From Candidatus Neochristensenella gallicola (GTDB lineage Bacteria; Bacillota; Clostridia; Christensenellales; QALW01), in NCBI GenBank assembly GCA_904419735.1, contig CAJFSR010000003.1, positions 11,290 to 75,289 of the forward strand: a DNA stretch of 64,000 bases, given 5' to 3'. Made by a program: the position numbers and the translations under genes. This document shows, one piece after another, positions 18,563-27,688 of this stretch (position 1 is its first letter; the number at the start of each line of letters is the position of its first letter). Below the pieces are notes generated by a model. That model was not told where the DNA came from, did no database searches, and worked only from the letters and a program-made list of their open reading frames with translations.

Positions 18563-19300
18563 ATGGGCTTCAGCGAACAAAACGCTCTGGAATTTATAAA
18601 ACTGTATAATATAATTGATGACTGTCTGAGTAAAAGCCTGGGCGTAGAGAAAAATGACATGTCCTTTACTCAAAAAGTCAATACTCTGCGCACAAAAGGG
18701 GACCATATCATATCCCGCTTTTATGTGGATTTGCTTATCTATGCCAAGCTGCGCAACGTGGTAGTGCACGACACTACGACAGACGAGCCAATAGCGCGCC
18801 CCTCGGATATTACTATAGAAAAGATGCGCCAGATTATACAGCTTATGACTCAGGCTCCCCTGGCCCTGGACAGCATTGCGCACCCCTATTCTGAACTGCT
18901 GACCACCAAGCCCCATCATAAAATCGCAGAACTGATGCGGCGCATGCATAAATCAGGTGCGGCCTATGTACCCGTAATTGAAGACGGGCAGCTTGCCGGG
19001 GTGTTTTCCATGAGCGCACTGACCGCCTATATCAGCGCCAAAGGCATATCGAATATAAATGAAGAGCTTACCATCGCGCAGATGGAGCCTTATTACCGCA
19101 TAAACAATGCCAAGCGCACCGAAGCTTTTTTCTCGGTTGATGCCAATGCCGATATATACGATATAGACAACATATTCAATAAAACGGTCAATACCGGCCT
19201 GAGCATCGGCGCCGTATTTATTACGCACGACGGTTCAAATAACGGCCAGCTGCTCGGCATGGTAACGCCTTTTGATCTTGTGCGCATAAATATTGATTAG
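18563..19300 (+). CDS. CBS-pair protein with N-terminal HEPN-like (Rx4H) helical domain
   Basis: Residues about 1-100 are helical and contain LRNVVVHD (R64-x4-H69). Residues about 110-245 form two CBS repeats (AAYVPVIEDGQLAGVFSMSAL; AVFITHDGSNNGQLLGMVTPFDL). AGGAGAA RBS. Confidence 0.75.
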   Translation: MGFSEQNALEFIKLYNIIDDCLSKSLGVEKNDMSFTQKVNTLRTKGDHIISRFYVDLLIYAKLRNVVVHDTTTDEPIARPSDITIEKMRQIIQLMTQAPLALDSIAHPYSELLTTKPHHKIAELMRRMHKSGAAYVPVIEDGQLAGVFSMSALTAYISAKGISNINEELTIAQMEPYYRINNAKRTEAFFSVDANADIYDIDNIFNKTVNTGLSIGAVFITHDGSNNGQLLGMVTPFDLVRINID

Positions 19301-19316
19301 CGAAAGGAACCCCGCA

Positions 19317-20999
19317 ATGAAACTGAAAAGCCTTTTCAAAAACCGCAAAGGGATTATAATTATTACGTCAATAATTCTTGTGGTTGTAATTGTTGTAGTA
19401 GCCCTGGTACTGCTGCTGCCCGAAAAAAATCCGGCGGCAGCCGAACACGATATATTAAACTCGCTGCCTGAAAGCGTAACCTGCGTTCCTTATTTAAAAA
19501 ACGGCAGCCTTTATATCTATAAAGACGGCCAGGCCCGGCTCATAAGCGATGGAATTTATGAAAACGACGATATAGAGGAAGCTCAGCTTTTTGATTATGT
19601 ATGGTCGCAAAGCAGCGACGAACTGCTTTATCTTAAAAACGCCGAGGACAGCGGCGAGCTTATGCATTATAAGAACGGCTCTAATCAGCTCATTGCCAAA
19701 GGCGTTACGTCCTGGTGCACTATTGATAAAATGGATAGGGCCGCTTACATAATTGACGAGGATTCAGCATTGCAGACAGGCATGCTTATGCTGTATTACA
19801 ACAATGCATCCATCCTGCTGGATATAAACGTACAGCCCTCTTCCGTGCGCTTCAGTTCGGACGGCAACTATCTTTACGCGCTTAAATGCCATGACACCAG
19901 CGAGTTAAGCACAGGCATAGGCGATTTAATGAAATACGATATGGAAGGAAACCGCGAGATTATTCAGGAAGACGTCTACGGAGTGAATTGGCTGTCAAGT
20001 GACGGCAGCGCCTATATCTGCCTTTCACAGAACGCAGATACTATCACTTACGATTATCTTATAGTTTCAGGCGAACGCAGCGTAACCATAAATAATGTAT
20101 ATGCAGCTTCCATTACGGATGACCGGAGCATGATATACCTTCTGGCCGATTATGACACCGAACTGGAATTGGGGACCATCTATTCCCTGACTCTTGATAA
20201 TCTCAGGCAGCGCGAACTGGCTCAGAATGCAGCCTTTATGAATGCCGGCGGCATAACCGATTTGACCCAGGGCATATTATACAGCACTCCCGGAGATATG
20301 GCGGGCAGATATGATATAAACTATGTTACCTCATCCGGCCGCACATACTGTCTTATAACAAACGGTTTTGAACAGTCCCTTTATACCATATATCTTAATA
20401 CCCAGCAGCAAACGGGATATATCCTCATGCACGGCGTAAGCGCGGACCGGCATACCCTGCATTATATCGAATGGTCCAATGGGAGGATTGAGGATAAAAA
20501 GCTGGATGAACACGTTCACGAGCTTGTATATTACGAGGCCTGTGACAGTATTTTGTATATTAAAAACGGAAGCGGAAATACTGCCGACCTATACATGGTG
20601 ACAGGCGACCAGGAGCGGAAACTGGTAGCAGAAAACACCGGGGCCATCTATAACAGCACGGACGAATCCTACTATTCCTGTTCCATACTCTCCAATGACG
20701 GCAAAAAGGCTTTATATTTCACCAACATGATTAATACCGAGGAAAGCGAACTGGAATCCCATCCTATCGCTTCCTTATACGGCACTCTGCACATGATTGA
20801 CCTGGAAACGGGCACAAGCACAGAAATATCAAAGCAGGTAATGGCAAACGCAGTATTGTCTATTATGTCTGACGCAAGTATGGAGAATATATATTTTATG
20901 ACTTTAAACGGTGAACGCCTCAATCTCTGCCAATACGCTTCGGGCGAAGTCACCGTCCTTGACGAGGGGATAATGAATATGCTTATACCTACTATGTAG
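19317..20999 (+). CDS. membrane-anchored protein with TolB/PD40-like beta-propeller repeats
   Basis: N-terminal TM anchor IIIITSIILVVVIVVVALVLLL, then recurring SSDGNYLY / SSDGSAYI / SNDGKKALYF strand motifs. The ATG at 19317 lies 17 nt after the upstream stop; the ORF track starts at 19293. Confidence 0.6.
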   Translation: MKLKSLFKNRKGIIIITSIILVVVIVVVALVLLLPEKNPAAAEHDILNSLPESVTCVPYLKNGSLYIYKDGQARLISDGIYENDDIEEAQLFDYVWSQSSDELLYLKNAEDSGELMHYKNGSNQLIAKGVTSWCTIDKMDRAAYIIDEDSALQTGMLMLYYNNASILLDINVQPSSVRFSSDGNYLYALKCHDTSELSTGIGDLMKYDMEGNREIIQEDVYGVNWLSSDGSAYICLSQNADTITYDYLIVSGERSVTINNVYAASITDDRSMIYLLADYDTELELGTIYSLTLDNLRQRELAQNAAFMNAGGITDLTQGILYSTPGDMAGRYDINYVTSSGRTYCLITNGFEQSLYTIYLNTQQQTGYILMHGVSADRHTLHYIEWSNGRIEDKKLDEHVHELVYYEACDSILYIKNGSGNTADLYMVTGDQERKLVAENTGAIYNSTDESYYSCSILSNDGKKALYFTNMINTEESELESHPIASLYGTLHMIDLETGTSTEISKQVMANAVLSIMSDASMENIYFMTLNGERLNLCQYASGEVTVLDEGIMNMLIPTM

Positions 21000-21044
21000 G
21001 CAAGACAGGCAGAGCCCAAAAATAAAGCTGTTAATTATTCAAAT

Positions 21045-21082
21045 TGCGCAGAACCGCTTTTATGGTCTGCGCATTTTATTTT
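21045..21082 (+). terminator. intrinsic terminator of the 19317-20999 gene
   Basis: TGCGCAGAACC-N8-GGTCTGCGCA followed by TTTTATTTT. Confidence 0.8.
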
Positions 21083-21230
21083 AAACCGCATAACAGGGCT
21101 TATGGGCCCAGGGGGGCGCGGCGTTTGGCAGGCATTCTGCCTGCCCTCAGCCGGGCTTGTCCGGCTGGCGGCCGCAGGCCGCAAACGCCGCGCCCCCCTG
21201 GGCCCATAAGCCCTGTTATGCGGTTTAAAA
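21079..21230. repeat. GC-rich nested-palindrome element, copy B (49-bp perfect outer arms, three inner hairpins)
   Basis: 21079-21127 is the exact reverse complement of 21182-21230, checked base by base. Inner hairpins are GCAGGCA-TTC-TGCCTGC, CAGCCGG-GCTTGT-CCGGCTG and CGGCC-GCA-GGCCG. Confidence 0.92.
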
Positions 21231-21287
21231 AACAAAGCGCGTTTAAGACGCAGATAAAATTATCTGTCCGTCGTCCAAAACGCGCTT
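21226..21287 (-). terminator. intrinsic terminator of the aconitase gene
   Basis: On the minus strand: AAGCGCGUUUU...AAACGCGCUU with an inner CAGAUA/UAUCUG extension, followed by UGUUUUUU. Confidence 0.7.
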
Positions 21288-21326
21288 CAATTCATTAAAA
21301 ACACCCAGGAAAAATGCAGGGCAGCA

Positions 21327-23561
21327 TTATTTATCCGAATAATAATTTATAAGCCCGCCGCTGACCAATATATCCCGTTCATCCTCTGTCATAGAGGGGA
21401 TTTCCAGGGTTATTTCCATAGGCCCATCCTTCAGAACATACCCCTTGACCCTTTCCGCTTTGGAAAGAATAGCATCCTTTATACCCGGAATATATATAAA
21501 ATCATCTGTTTCAAATAACTGAGCCGTCTCCTGCGAAACGATAAAGGGCACCATTCCCCAGTTAATAAGATTGCTCCTATACCGTTTTGTGGCGTATTCA
21601 AGGGCTATATTTGCCCAGCCTCCAAGCACCTTCTGACAGCTTGCAGCCTGCTCGCGCGCAGAACCGTCTCCCGGCATATTGGCGTAAATGGCGCTGCCTA
21701 TTCCTATATTCCCATCAATAACCGCTCCCAGTTCTTTGGCCGCTTTGATATATTGAGCGTCAAGCTGCCTGCCGCCGTCCAAAAGCTCCTGCTGGGCGCG
21801 GGCAGCCTTGCTTTTGCCCACATAAGCCGGGTCCTTGCGCGAAAGGGCGTATTCGGACAGCTTATAAGGATTGGAACGCAAAGTGCTGGTTTCGCCCGAC
21901 GGTATAAGTTCATCAGTAGTTGTTACCTTATCCCTTATCACTGAGCACAGCCTTATCAGCAGATTATCAGGCATGCGGTGCAATTCGGGCCAGTCGGCTA
22001 TATTGGGCCCAAGTACCAGCTCTTCTTCCGGATGCGGATGCCCATAGCCGTTATATACCCGCTTTTTATATAACTCATCGTGATAGGTATACGGATATTT
22101 CTTATAATCCGCCTCAATTTCATCCGCGCCGGTAAGCCTGCCGCCGTTGAGCGCCGTAGCTGCGATAGAACGCGCGTCCATAAGCGCACAGTAGGAAATC
22201 TGGCCGTCCCCAGGCTTAGAACCCTCCCTGTTTGGGAAGTTGCGCGTACAGTGACGTATAGAAAAAGCATTATGCGCTGGCACATCCCCCGCGCCGAAGC
22301 ACGGGCCGCAGAAGGCTGTCTTTATAACGGCCCCCGCCCCCATTAAAGCAGCCATGCCGCCGTTATTTACTATCTCATAATATACGCTCTGGCTGGCCGG
22401 ATATACGCTCAGGGCAAATTCTCCGCTGCCCGTGTTTCCGCCCCTCAAGATATCCGCAGCAGCCATAATATTTTCAAAGATACCGCCGGCGCATCCCGCT
22501 ATAATACCCTGGTCGACATAAAATTCCCCGTTAATGAGCTTATCCGTCAGCTTGCTTTTTATGCCTGAAGAAGCGTACTGCTCATTAGCCGCGTTTTCCA
22601 AATCAACCAGCAGTTCCTTCGCATTACGCTTGAATTCGCGTATGGTGTAAGCGTTGCTGGGATGAAAGGGCAGCGCTATCATAGGCTCGATTTTATCCAA
22701 ATCTACAACTATAACACCGTCATAGCCCGCTATTTCGCCCGGCTTAATTTCCTTAAAATCCTGCTCACGCTTATGTATACGGTAATATTCCTTAACAGCC
22801 TCGTCTGTTTCCCAAATGGAGCTGAGACAGGTGGTCTCCGTAGTCATGACGTCAATGCCGCAGCGGTAATCCACGCTTAAATTCTTTATGCCGTCCCCTA
22901 TGAATTCCAGCACCTTATTCTTAACATGGCCGCCCGCAAAAACCTCCTTAATAAGCGCTATGGCTACGTCATGAGGTCCTACACCCGGCCGGGGTGCGCC
23001 CTTAAGAATAACTGCAATCACTTCAGGATAATTAATATCGTAAGTCTTGCTTAAAAGCTGCTTGACCAATTCAGGGCCGCCTTCACCCACAGCCATACAG
23101 CCAAGAGCGCCGTAACGGGTATGACTGTCCGAACCCAGCACCATTTTCCCGCAGCCTGCCAGTTCCTCCCGCGCATATGAATGTATTACGGCAATATGCG
23201 GGGGCACGAATATGCCGCCGTATTTGCGCGCCGCCGTATAGCCAAAGACATGATCGTCCTCATTCAGCGTGCCGCCTACGGCGCAGAGACTGTTATGACA
23301 GTTAGTAAGCGCGTAAGGAACGGGAAATTCCTTCAGGCCGCTGGCCCGTGCCGTCTGAATAATGCCCACATAGGTTATATCATGAGAGGCAAGCGCGTCA
23401 AATTTCAGCTGAAGCTGCGCCATATTCCCCGACGTATTATGGGCCGAAAGTATCTGATAAGCCATAGTGCTCTTAAAAGCGCTGTTATCAGCATCAACGT
23501 AATTTTTTAAAATCTCTTTTCCGTCTTTTATAAATGTCTTTTCCCAGTTGCAGCTAATCAT
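21327..23561 (-). CDS. aconitate hydratase (aconitase family, about 745-aa clostridial type)
   Basis: Fe-S ligand regions GSDSHT and CGPCFG, the NFPNREG substrate loop and a C-terminal swivel domain. Confidence 0.82.
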   Translation of the reverse strand: MISCNWEKTFIKDGKEILKNYVDADNSAFKSTMAYQILSAHNTSGNMAQLQLKFDALASHDITYVGIIQTARASGLKEFPVPYALTNCHNSLCAVGGTLNEDDHVFGYTAARKYGGIFVPPHIAVIHSYAREELAGCGKMVLGSDSHTRYGALGCMAVGEGGPELVKQLLSKTYDINYPEVIAVILKGAPRPGVGPHDVAIALIKEVFAGGHVKNKVLEFIGDGIKNLSVDYRCGIDVMTTETTCLSSIWETDEAVKEYYRIHKREQDFKEIKPGEIAGYDGVIVVDLDKIEPMIALPFHPSNAYTIREFKRNAKELLVDLENAANEQYASSGIKSKLTDKLINGEFYVDQGIIAGCAGGIFENIMAAADILRGGNTGSGEFALSVYPASQSVYYEIVNNGGMAALMGAGAVIKTAFCGPCFGAGDVPAHNAFSIRHCTRNFPNREGSKPGDGQISYCALMDARSIAATALNGGRLTGADEIEADYKKYPYTYHDELYKKRVYNGYGHPHPEEELVLGPNIADWPELHRMPDNLLIRLCSVIRDKVTTTDELIPSGETSTLRSNPYKLSEYALSRKDPAYVGKSKAARAQQELLDGGRQLDAQYIKAAKELGAVIDGNIGIGSAIYANMPGDGSAREQAASCQKVLGGWANIALEYATKRYRSNLINWGMVPFIVSQETAQLFETDDFIYIPGIKDAILSKAERVKGYVLKDGPMEITLEIPSMTEDERDILVSGGLINYYSDK

Positions 23562-23576
23562 TTTTATCTCCTTTAA

Positions 23577-25085
23577 TTAAAGAATAACCAGATTCTTGCC
23601 GTAGGCCTTTTTAAATATATTTCCGCTGGTGAGCGCATCCTTAATTTCCAGGGAAGCGTCAGCCGTAGCCGCCGTTTTAACTATTACCGAATCCCCCAGG
23701 ATATCGCAGCTCACGCCGGTGATAACTCCTGACATGCACCTGTCAAAACTCTCAGCAATCCTGACCAGCACGCCCAGCTTATTGATTATATCAATATCCG
23801 CGCCGTTAATGATATCTCCGTATTTGATATAGTCCTTTTTCATCTCCTCCTTGCGGTGAAAAGCCGCTATAAAGGAGGCCATAAGCCTGTCCCTATGGTT
23901 AAGACCGTAAAGATTGCAGTTAATCATCATATAGAAGGTATGCTTATGATGGTCATAATATTTTATGCGCTGCCCTATATCATGCAGCATACCCGCCGCC
24001 TTAATAAGGCGCAGATAGGAATTAGGCAGCTTATGCAGTTGGCGGAGCTGCTCGAACATGGATATCGCTATCTGAGTCACCCGCTCGGCATGCTCCTGAT
24101 TTTCATTATACTGCCCAGAAAGATTTTTCAGGCTGAAATCCAAGACATTGGGAGTAGGTTTAACCGCCAGCTGCGGATCTATATGCTCAAAAATAATACC
24201 GTCCCGCATACCTGTGCAGCTTACATATATATCGCTGCTGTTAATGCGCCCTATCAAAGAGGTCATTGCCGCCAAAGCGGCCAGGAAAATATCCGCGCGT
24301 TCATTTGACAAACCCTTTATCTTCATCCTGCCGTCCAAATCCAATTTTTTTACGCCGTCATAAACCAGATTTACTTCTTTAGCAGTCATAAAATAATTAT
24401 GGGCAACATCCAAGCTGTATTTCTTCTTTTTGCGCAGTATCTTGCCCACGTTTCTAAAGGAACCGCCCACTCCTATAAGGGGCAGATTTGAAATATTCTG
24501 GAGCCAGGGCAGTTCGTCAAACTGTGCCGAAATAAATTCTTCTATTGCGTCCATCTGTTCAGGCTGAACCTTATCATGCAGGCCGAACTGCTCGGTAAGA
24601 GTCACCGTACCGAAGGGAAGGCATGCAAGATTTTTAACCTGGCGCTTCTCAAAATGCACCAGTTCCACAGTGCCTCCGCCTATATCCATTATTACGCCGG
24701 CGTCCAAATCCATTGTATTTATTACGCCCTGATAGACGTATATAGCCTCCTGCTCTCCTGTCAGCAGCGTAAGATTAATGCCTGTAGCGGCATACACTTC
24801 GTCCAGCAGGCTGCGCTGATTGGCGGCGCGGCGCACAGCGGCAGTAAGCACGGGGATTACGTCCGCAACATCATTAGCAGTGCAAAGCCGCTTGAACATC
24901 TGAAGGGTCTTAATTAACTGCTGTATACGCCGGGGTCTGATTATATTATCCTGGGTCATATCTGAAATAAGGCGCACGGGCTCTTTGAGCTCGTCCACAA
25001 TCCGATAGGAGCCGTTATCATAAAGATTGACCACCACCATTCTAGTCGTATTTGAGCCAACATCAATTACCGCAAGCTTTTTCAT
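23577..25085 (-). CDS. Ppx/GppA family exopolyphosphatase / guanosine pentaphosphate phosphohydrolase with C-terminal HD domain
   Basis: N-terminal ASKHA motif AVIDVGSNTTRMVV, DIGGGT, and C-terminal HDIG...HHKH. Confidence 0.85.
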   Translation of the reverse strand: MKKLAVIDVGSNTTRMVVVNLYDNGSYRIVDELKEPVRLISDMTQDNIIRPRRIQQLIKTLQMFKRLCTANDVADVIPVLTAAVRRAANQRSLLDEVYAATGINLTLLTGEQEAIYVYQGVINTMDLDAGVIMDIGGGTVELVHFEKRQVKNLACLPFGTVTLTEQFGLHDKVQPEQMDAIEEFISAQFDELPWLQNISNLPLIGVGGSFRNVGKILRKKKKYSLDVAHNYFMTAKEVNLVYDGVKKLDLDGRMKIKGLSNERADIFLAALAAMTSLIGRINSSDIYVSCTGMRDGIIFEHIDPQLAVKPTPNVLDFSLKNLSGQYNENQEHAERVTQIAISMFEQLRQLHKLPNSYLRLIKAAGMLHDIGQRIKYYDHHKHTFYMMINCNLYGLNHRDRLMASFIAAFHRKEEMKKDYIKYGDIINGADIDIINKLGVLVRIAESFDRCMSGVITGVSCDILGDSVIVKTAATADASLEIKDALTSGNIFKKAYGKNLVIL

Positions 25086-25140
25086 TTGTCATCTCTCCTT
25101 TATCTCTACGGCTCGTGCCGGTTGTATAGCAAATTTATAT

Positions 25141-25929
25141 TCATCCTGATTTAAGGGTTTTCTGCGGACAGCGCTCAACGCATTTGAGACAGCCTATGCA
25201 TTTATTGTTATCAATTACGGGCAAATGATTAGTCATAGTTATCGCGCCCTGTTCACATACCTTAGCGCACAGCCCGCAGCCGATACAGCCCACAGCGCAC
25301 ACATCCTTTACCTTTTTGCCTGTCTCCCGCGCACTGCATGAAACATACACCTTCGTATTAAGGGGCTTAATGCTTATCAAGCCATGAGGGCACTCCTTTA
25401 CGCACAGCCCGCAGGAAATGCATTTTGATTTATCAATTTCAGGCACGCCGTGTTCATTAAGGCTTATTGCTCCCGATGGACATACCCTGACGCAGCTTAG
25501 CAGGCCTACGCAGCCATACGGGCAGCCCTTTTTCCCATCAGCAGCGGCAGCACGGCAGTCGGTTAATCCCGTATAATCCGCTCTGTCCAAACAGCGCTTC
25601 CCCCCCTGACAGCCCACAAAGGCCGCCGTCGGCATTACCGTTTCGGCCTCAACTCCCAAAATACCGGCCAGCTTGTTCCTGCTTTCCTGGTTAACCACGG
25701 GACATTGGGAGAGGGAGGCTTTGCCCTCAGAAAGGGCCTTAGCCATAGCGCCGCAGCCGGCAAGGCCGCAGCTGCCGCAATTTGCGCCCGGCAGCAGGTC
25801 TAATATCTGCTCCTGCTTTTCATCCAGAGGAACGGCTATATATTTATCAGCAAGCGCCAGAGCAAGTCCTAAAATAAGTCCCAGCCCTGCGACAATGCAA
25901 ATACTGGCAATAAAAATGGTCACTTCCAA
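25141..25929 (-). CDS. rnfB: Rnf electron transport complex subunit B
   Basis: N-terminal TM helix, CGSCGLAGCG cluster and several 4Fe-4S ferredoxin motifs (CISCGLCVKECP, CIGCGLCAKVC, CIGCLKCVERCP). Last gene of the rnfCDGEAB order. Confidence 0.9.
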   Translation of the reverse strand: MEVTIFIASICIVAGLGLILGLALALADKYIAVPLDEKQEQILDLLPGANCGSCGLAGCGAMAKALSEGKASLSQCPVVNQESRNKLAGILGVEAETVMPTAAFVGCQGGKRCLDRADYTGLTDCRAAAADGKKGCPYGCVGLLSCVRVCPSGAISLNEHGVPEIDKSKCISCGLCVKECPHGLISIKPLNTKVYVSCSARETGKKVKDVCAVGCIGCGLCAKVCEQGAITMTNHLPVIDNNKCIGCLKCVERCPQKTLKSG

Positions 25930-25936
25930 AGCCCCC

Positions 25937-26524
25937 CTAATTCATCATGCCTGAGAATCCAAGAAACGCAAGGGACATAAGCCCGGCCATCATAAGCGCA
26001 ATGGGCTTTCCCCTCATTGCCCTGGGAAGATTTACCGTCTCCTGACGCTCCCGTATAGCCGCCATAAGCACCAGCGCCAGCGTAAAGCCAAGCGCAGCGC
26101 CTATGCCTAACGCCAGAGATTCTATTATATCATATCCGTTGTCAATATTCAAGATAGCGGCGCCCAAAACGGCGCAATTTGTTGTAATTAGCGGCAGATA
26201 AACGCCCAGCGCCTCATACAGAGTAACGCTTACCCTCTTTATTATCATTTCCACAAGCTGTACAAGAGAAGCGATAACAAGTATAAATACCAGCGTTCGG
26301 AGGTATGTAACGTTAAAGTACAGAAGCACATAGTTGTACAGCACGTTGGTTATAACAGAAGCCAGCGCCATAACAAAGGTAACTGCCGCCCCCATGCCCA
26401 CCGCCGTTTTAACTTTATTAGAAACCCCCATAAAGGGGCAGATGCCCATAACCCTTGAAAATACAAAATTATCTACTATGATTGCGCTGACTATTATGCC
26501 CAGGATATTTATTACTCCGTCCAT
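25937..26524 (-). CDS. rnfA: Rnf complex subunit A
   Basis: 195-aa polytopic protein of the RnfA/NqrE type. Its position is between rnfE and rnfB. Confidence 0.9.
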   Translation of the reverse strand: MDGVINILGIIVSAIIVDNFVFSRVMGICPFMGVSNKVKTAVGMGAAVTFVMALASVITNVLYNYVLLYFNVTYLRTLVFILVIASLVQLVEMIIKRVSVTLYEALGVYLPLITTNCAVLGAAILNIDNGYDIIESLALGIGAALGFTLALVLMAAIRERQETVNLPRAMRGKPIALMMAGLMSLAFLGFSGMMN

Positions 26525-27144
26525 TACGCCTTATTCCCCCTTTTATTGCGTATGGCCGCCAGAATGGCCAGTACAGCGCTTAAAGTAATAAACCCGCCGG
26601 CAGTCATGGTAAAGCCGCTTATCGCCGGAACGCCTTCGGGCAAAATCCGAAAGCCGAATATGCTGCCCGAACCCAAAAGCTCCCGTATGCTGCCTATAAG
26701 CGTAAGGGCAACGGTAAAGCCCGCGCCCGTCCCCAGCGCATCAGCCGCCGAAGCCAGCAGCCCGTTTTTGGAAGCAAAGCTCTCGGCGCGCTCCAGAATT
26801 ATGCAGTTGACCACTATAAGGGGTATAAATATGCCCAGGGATGCATTGAGGGAAGGCAGAAACGCCTCCAGCAGCATCTGAACGATGGTGGAAAAAGACG
26901 CTATAATCACAATAAAGCAGGGTATACGGACCTGGTCGGGTATAAACTTCCTGAACGCCGAAACCAGCAGGCTGGAGCAAAGCAGCACGAATATAACAGA
27001 TACACCCATGCCGAAGCCGTTAAAGGCCGAAGTGGTAACCGCCAGGGTCGGGCACATCCCCAGCACCATAACAAAGGTCGGATTGTTGGTTATTGCGCCT
27101 TCCTTAAAAATCCGGGCCAATGACTTTTTATTATTGTTCTCCAT
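26524..27144 (-). CDS. rnfE: Rnf complex subunit E
   Basis: 206-aa polytopic protein of the RnfE/NqrD type (NPTFVMVLGMCP). Confidence 0.9.
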   Translation of the reverse strand: MENNNKKSLARIFKEGAITNNPTFVMVLGMCPTLAVTTSAFNGFGMGVSVIFVLLCSSLLVSAFRKFIPDQVRIPCFIVIIASFSTIVQMLLEAFLPSLNASLGIFIPLIVVNCIILERAESFASKNGLLASAADALGTGAGFTVALTLIGSIRELLGSGSIFGFRILPEGVPAISGFTMTAGGFITLSAVLAILAAIRNKRGNKA

Positions 27145-27688
27145 ATACCGGCCCTCCCAAAAGATATTTTTCCATATAGCTCCGCGCGGTATTGACCGCC
27201 TCTGCTACTCCGCGCGATGAAATGGTTGCTCCCGTAATAGGGGTTATATTTTCGCCCAGCACAGCTTCTCCGGAAAGCCCCTCAAACTGGCCGCGGAATT
27301 CCTCTTCGGTAATTTTTGCTCCCAGATTGGGAGTCTCGCTGTGCGAGCCCACTATTATGCCCGTGACTTTTCCCTCGGCGTCAAAGCCCACTCTCAAAGC
27401 AATATCCCCGCCGTAGCCCTGGGCGCGTATTATCACAATACCGCCGGCGTACTGACCGTCCTTAAGCGCAGCATAAGCTCCGTCTATCCGGGAAAATTCT
27501 TCTCCCGCCTCAACCGGCTGAGATATATATTCTGCATCAGGAATAAGCTGCTTAAGCGCCTGCTGTATTTCCTGCCTTTCATTTTCGGCAATTTTATCAG
27601 CCGTTACCGCATTGACCCCCGCCAAAGCGGCAACGCATATAAGGCATACGACAAACAGCCGGAAAGTAATACTCAAAATCTTCTTCAT
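27131..27688 (-). CDS. rnfG: Rnf complex subunit G (FMN-binding)
   Basis: N-terminal anchor and the covalent-FMN motif ITGATISSRGV. Confidence 0.9.
   Translation of the reverse strand: MKKILSITFRLFVVCLICVAALAGVNAVTADKIAENERQEIQQALKQLIPDAEYISQPVEAGEEFSRIDGAYAALKDGQYAGGIVIIRAQGYGGDIALRVGFDAEGKVTGIIVGSHSETPNLGAKITEEEFRGQFEGLSGEAVLGENITPITGATISSRGVAEAVNTARSYMEKYLLGGPVYGEQ

Noticed and set aside
21035-21298. Track ORFs on both strands across repeat copy B (66 aa and 84 aa) with near-identical peptides (FKPHNRAYGPRGARR...). Similar ORF pairs occur at 16322-16606, 37370-37662 and 47190-47585.
   Set aside because: These ORFs are mirror images created by the GC-rich palindromes, since both strands read the same sequence. 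They have no RBS, their composition is Arg/Pro/Gly/Ala-biased as expected from GC-rich DNA, and they span terminators. They are not coding.
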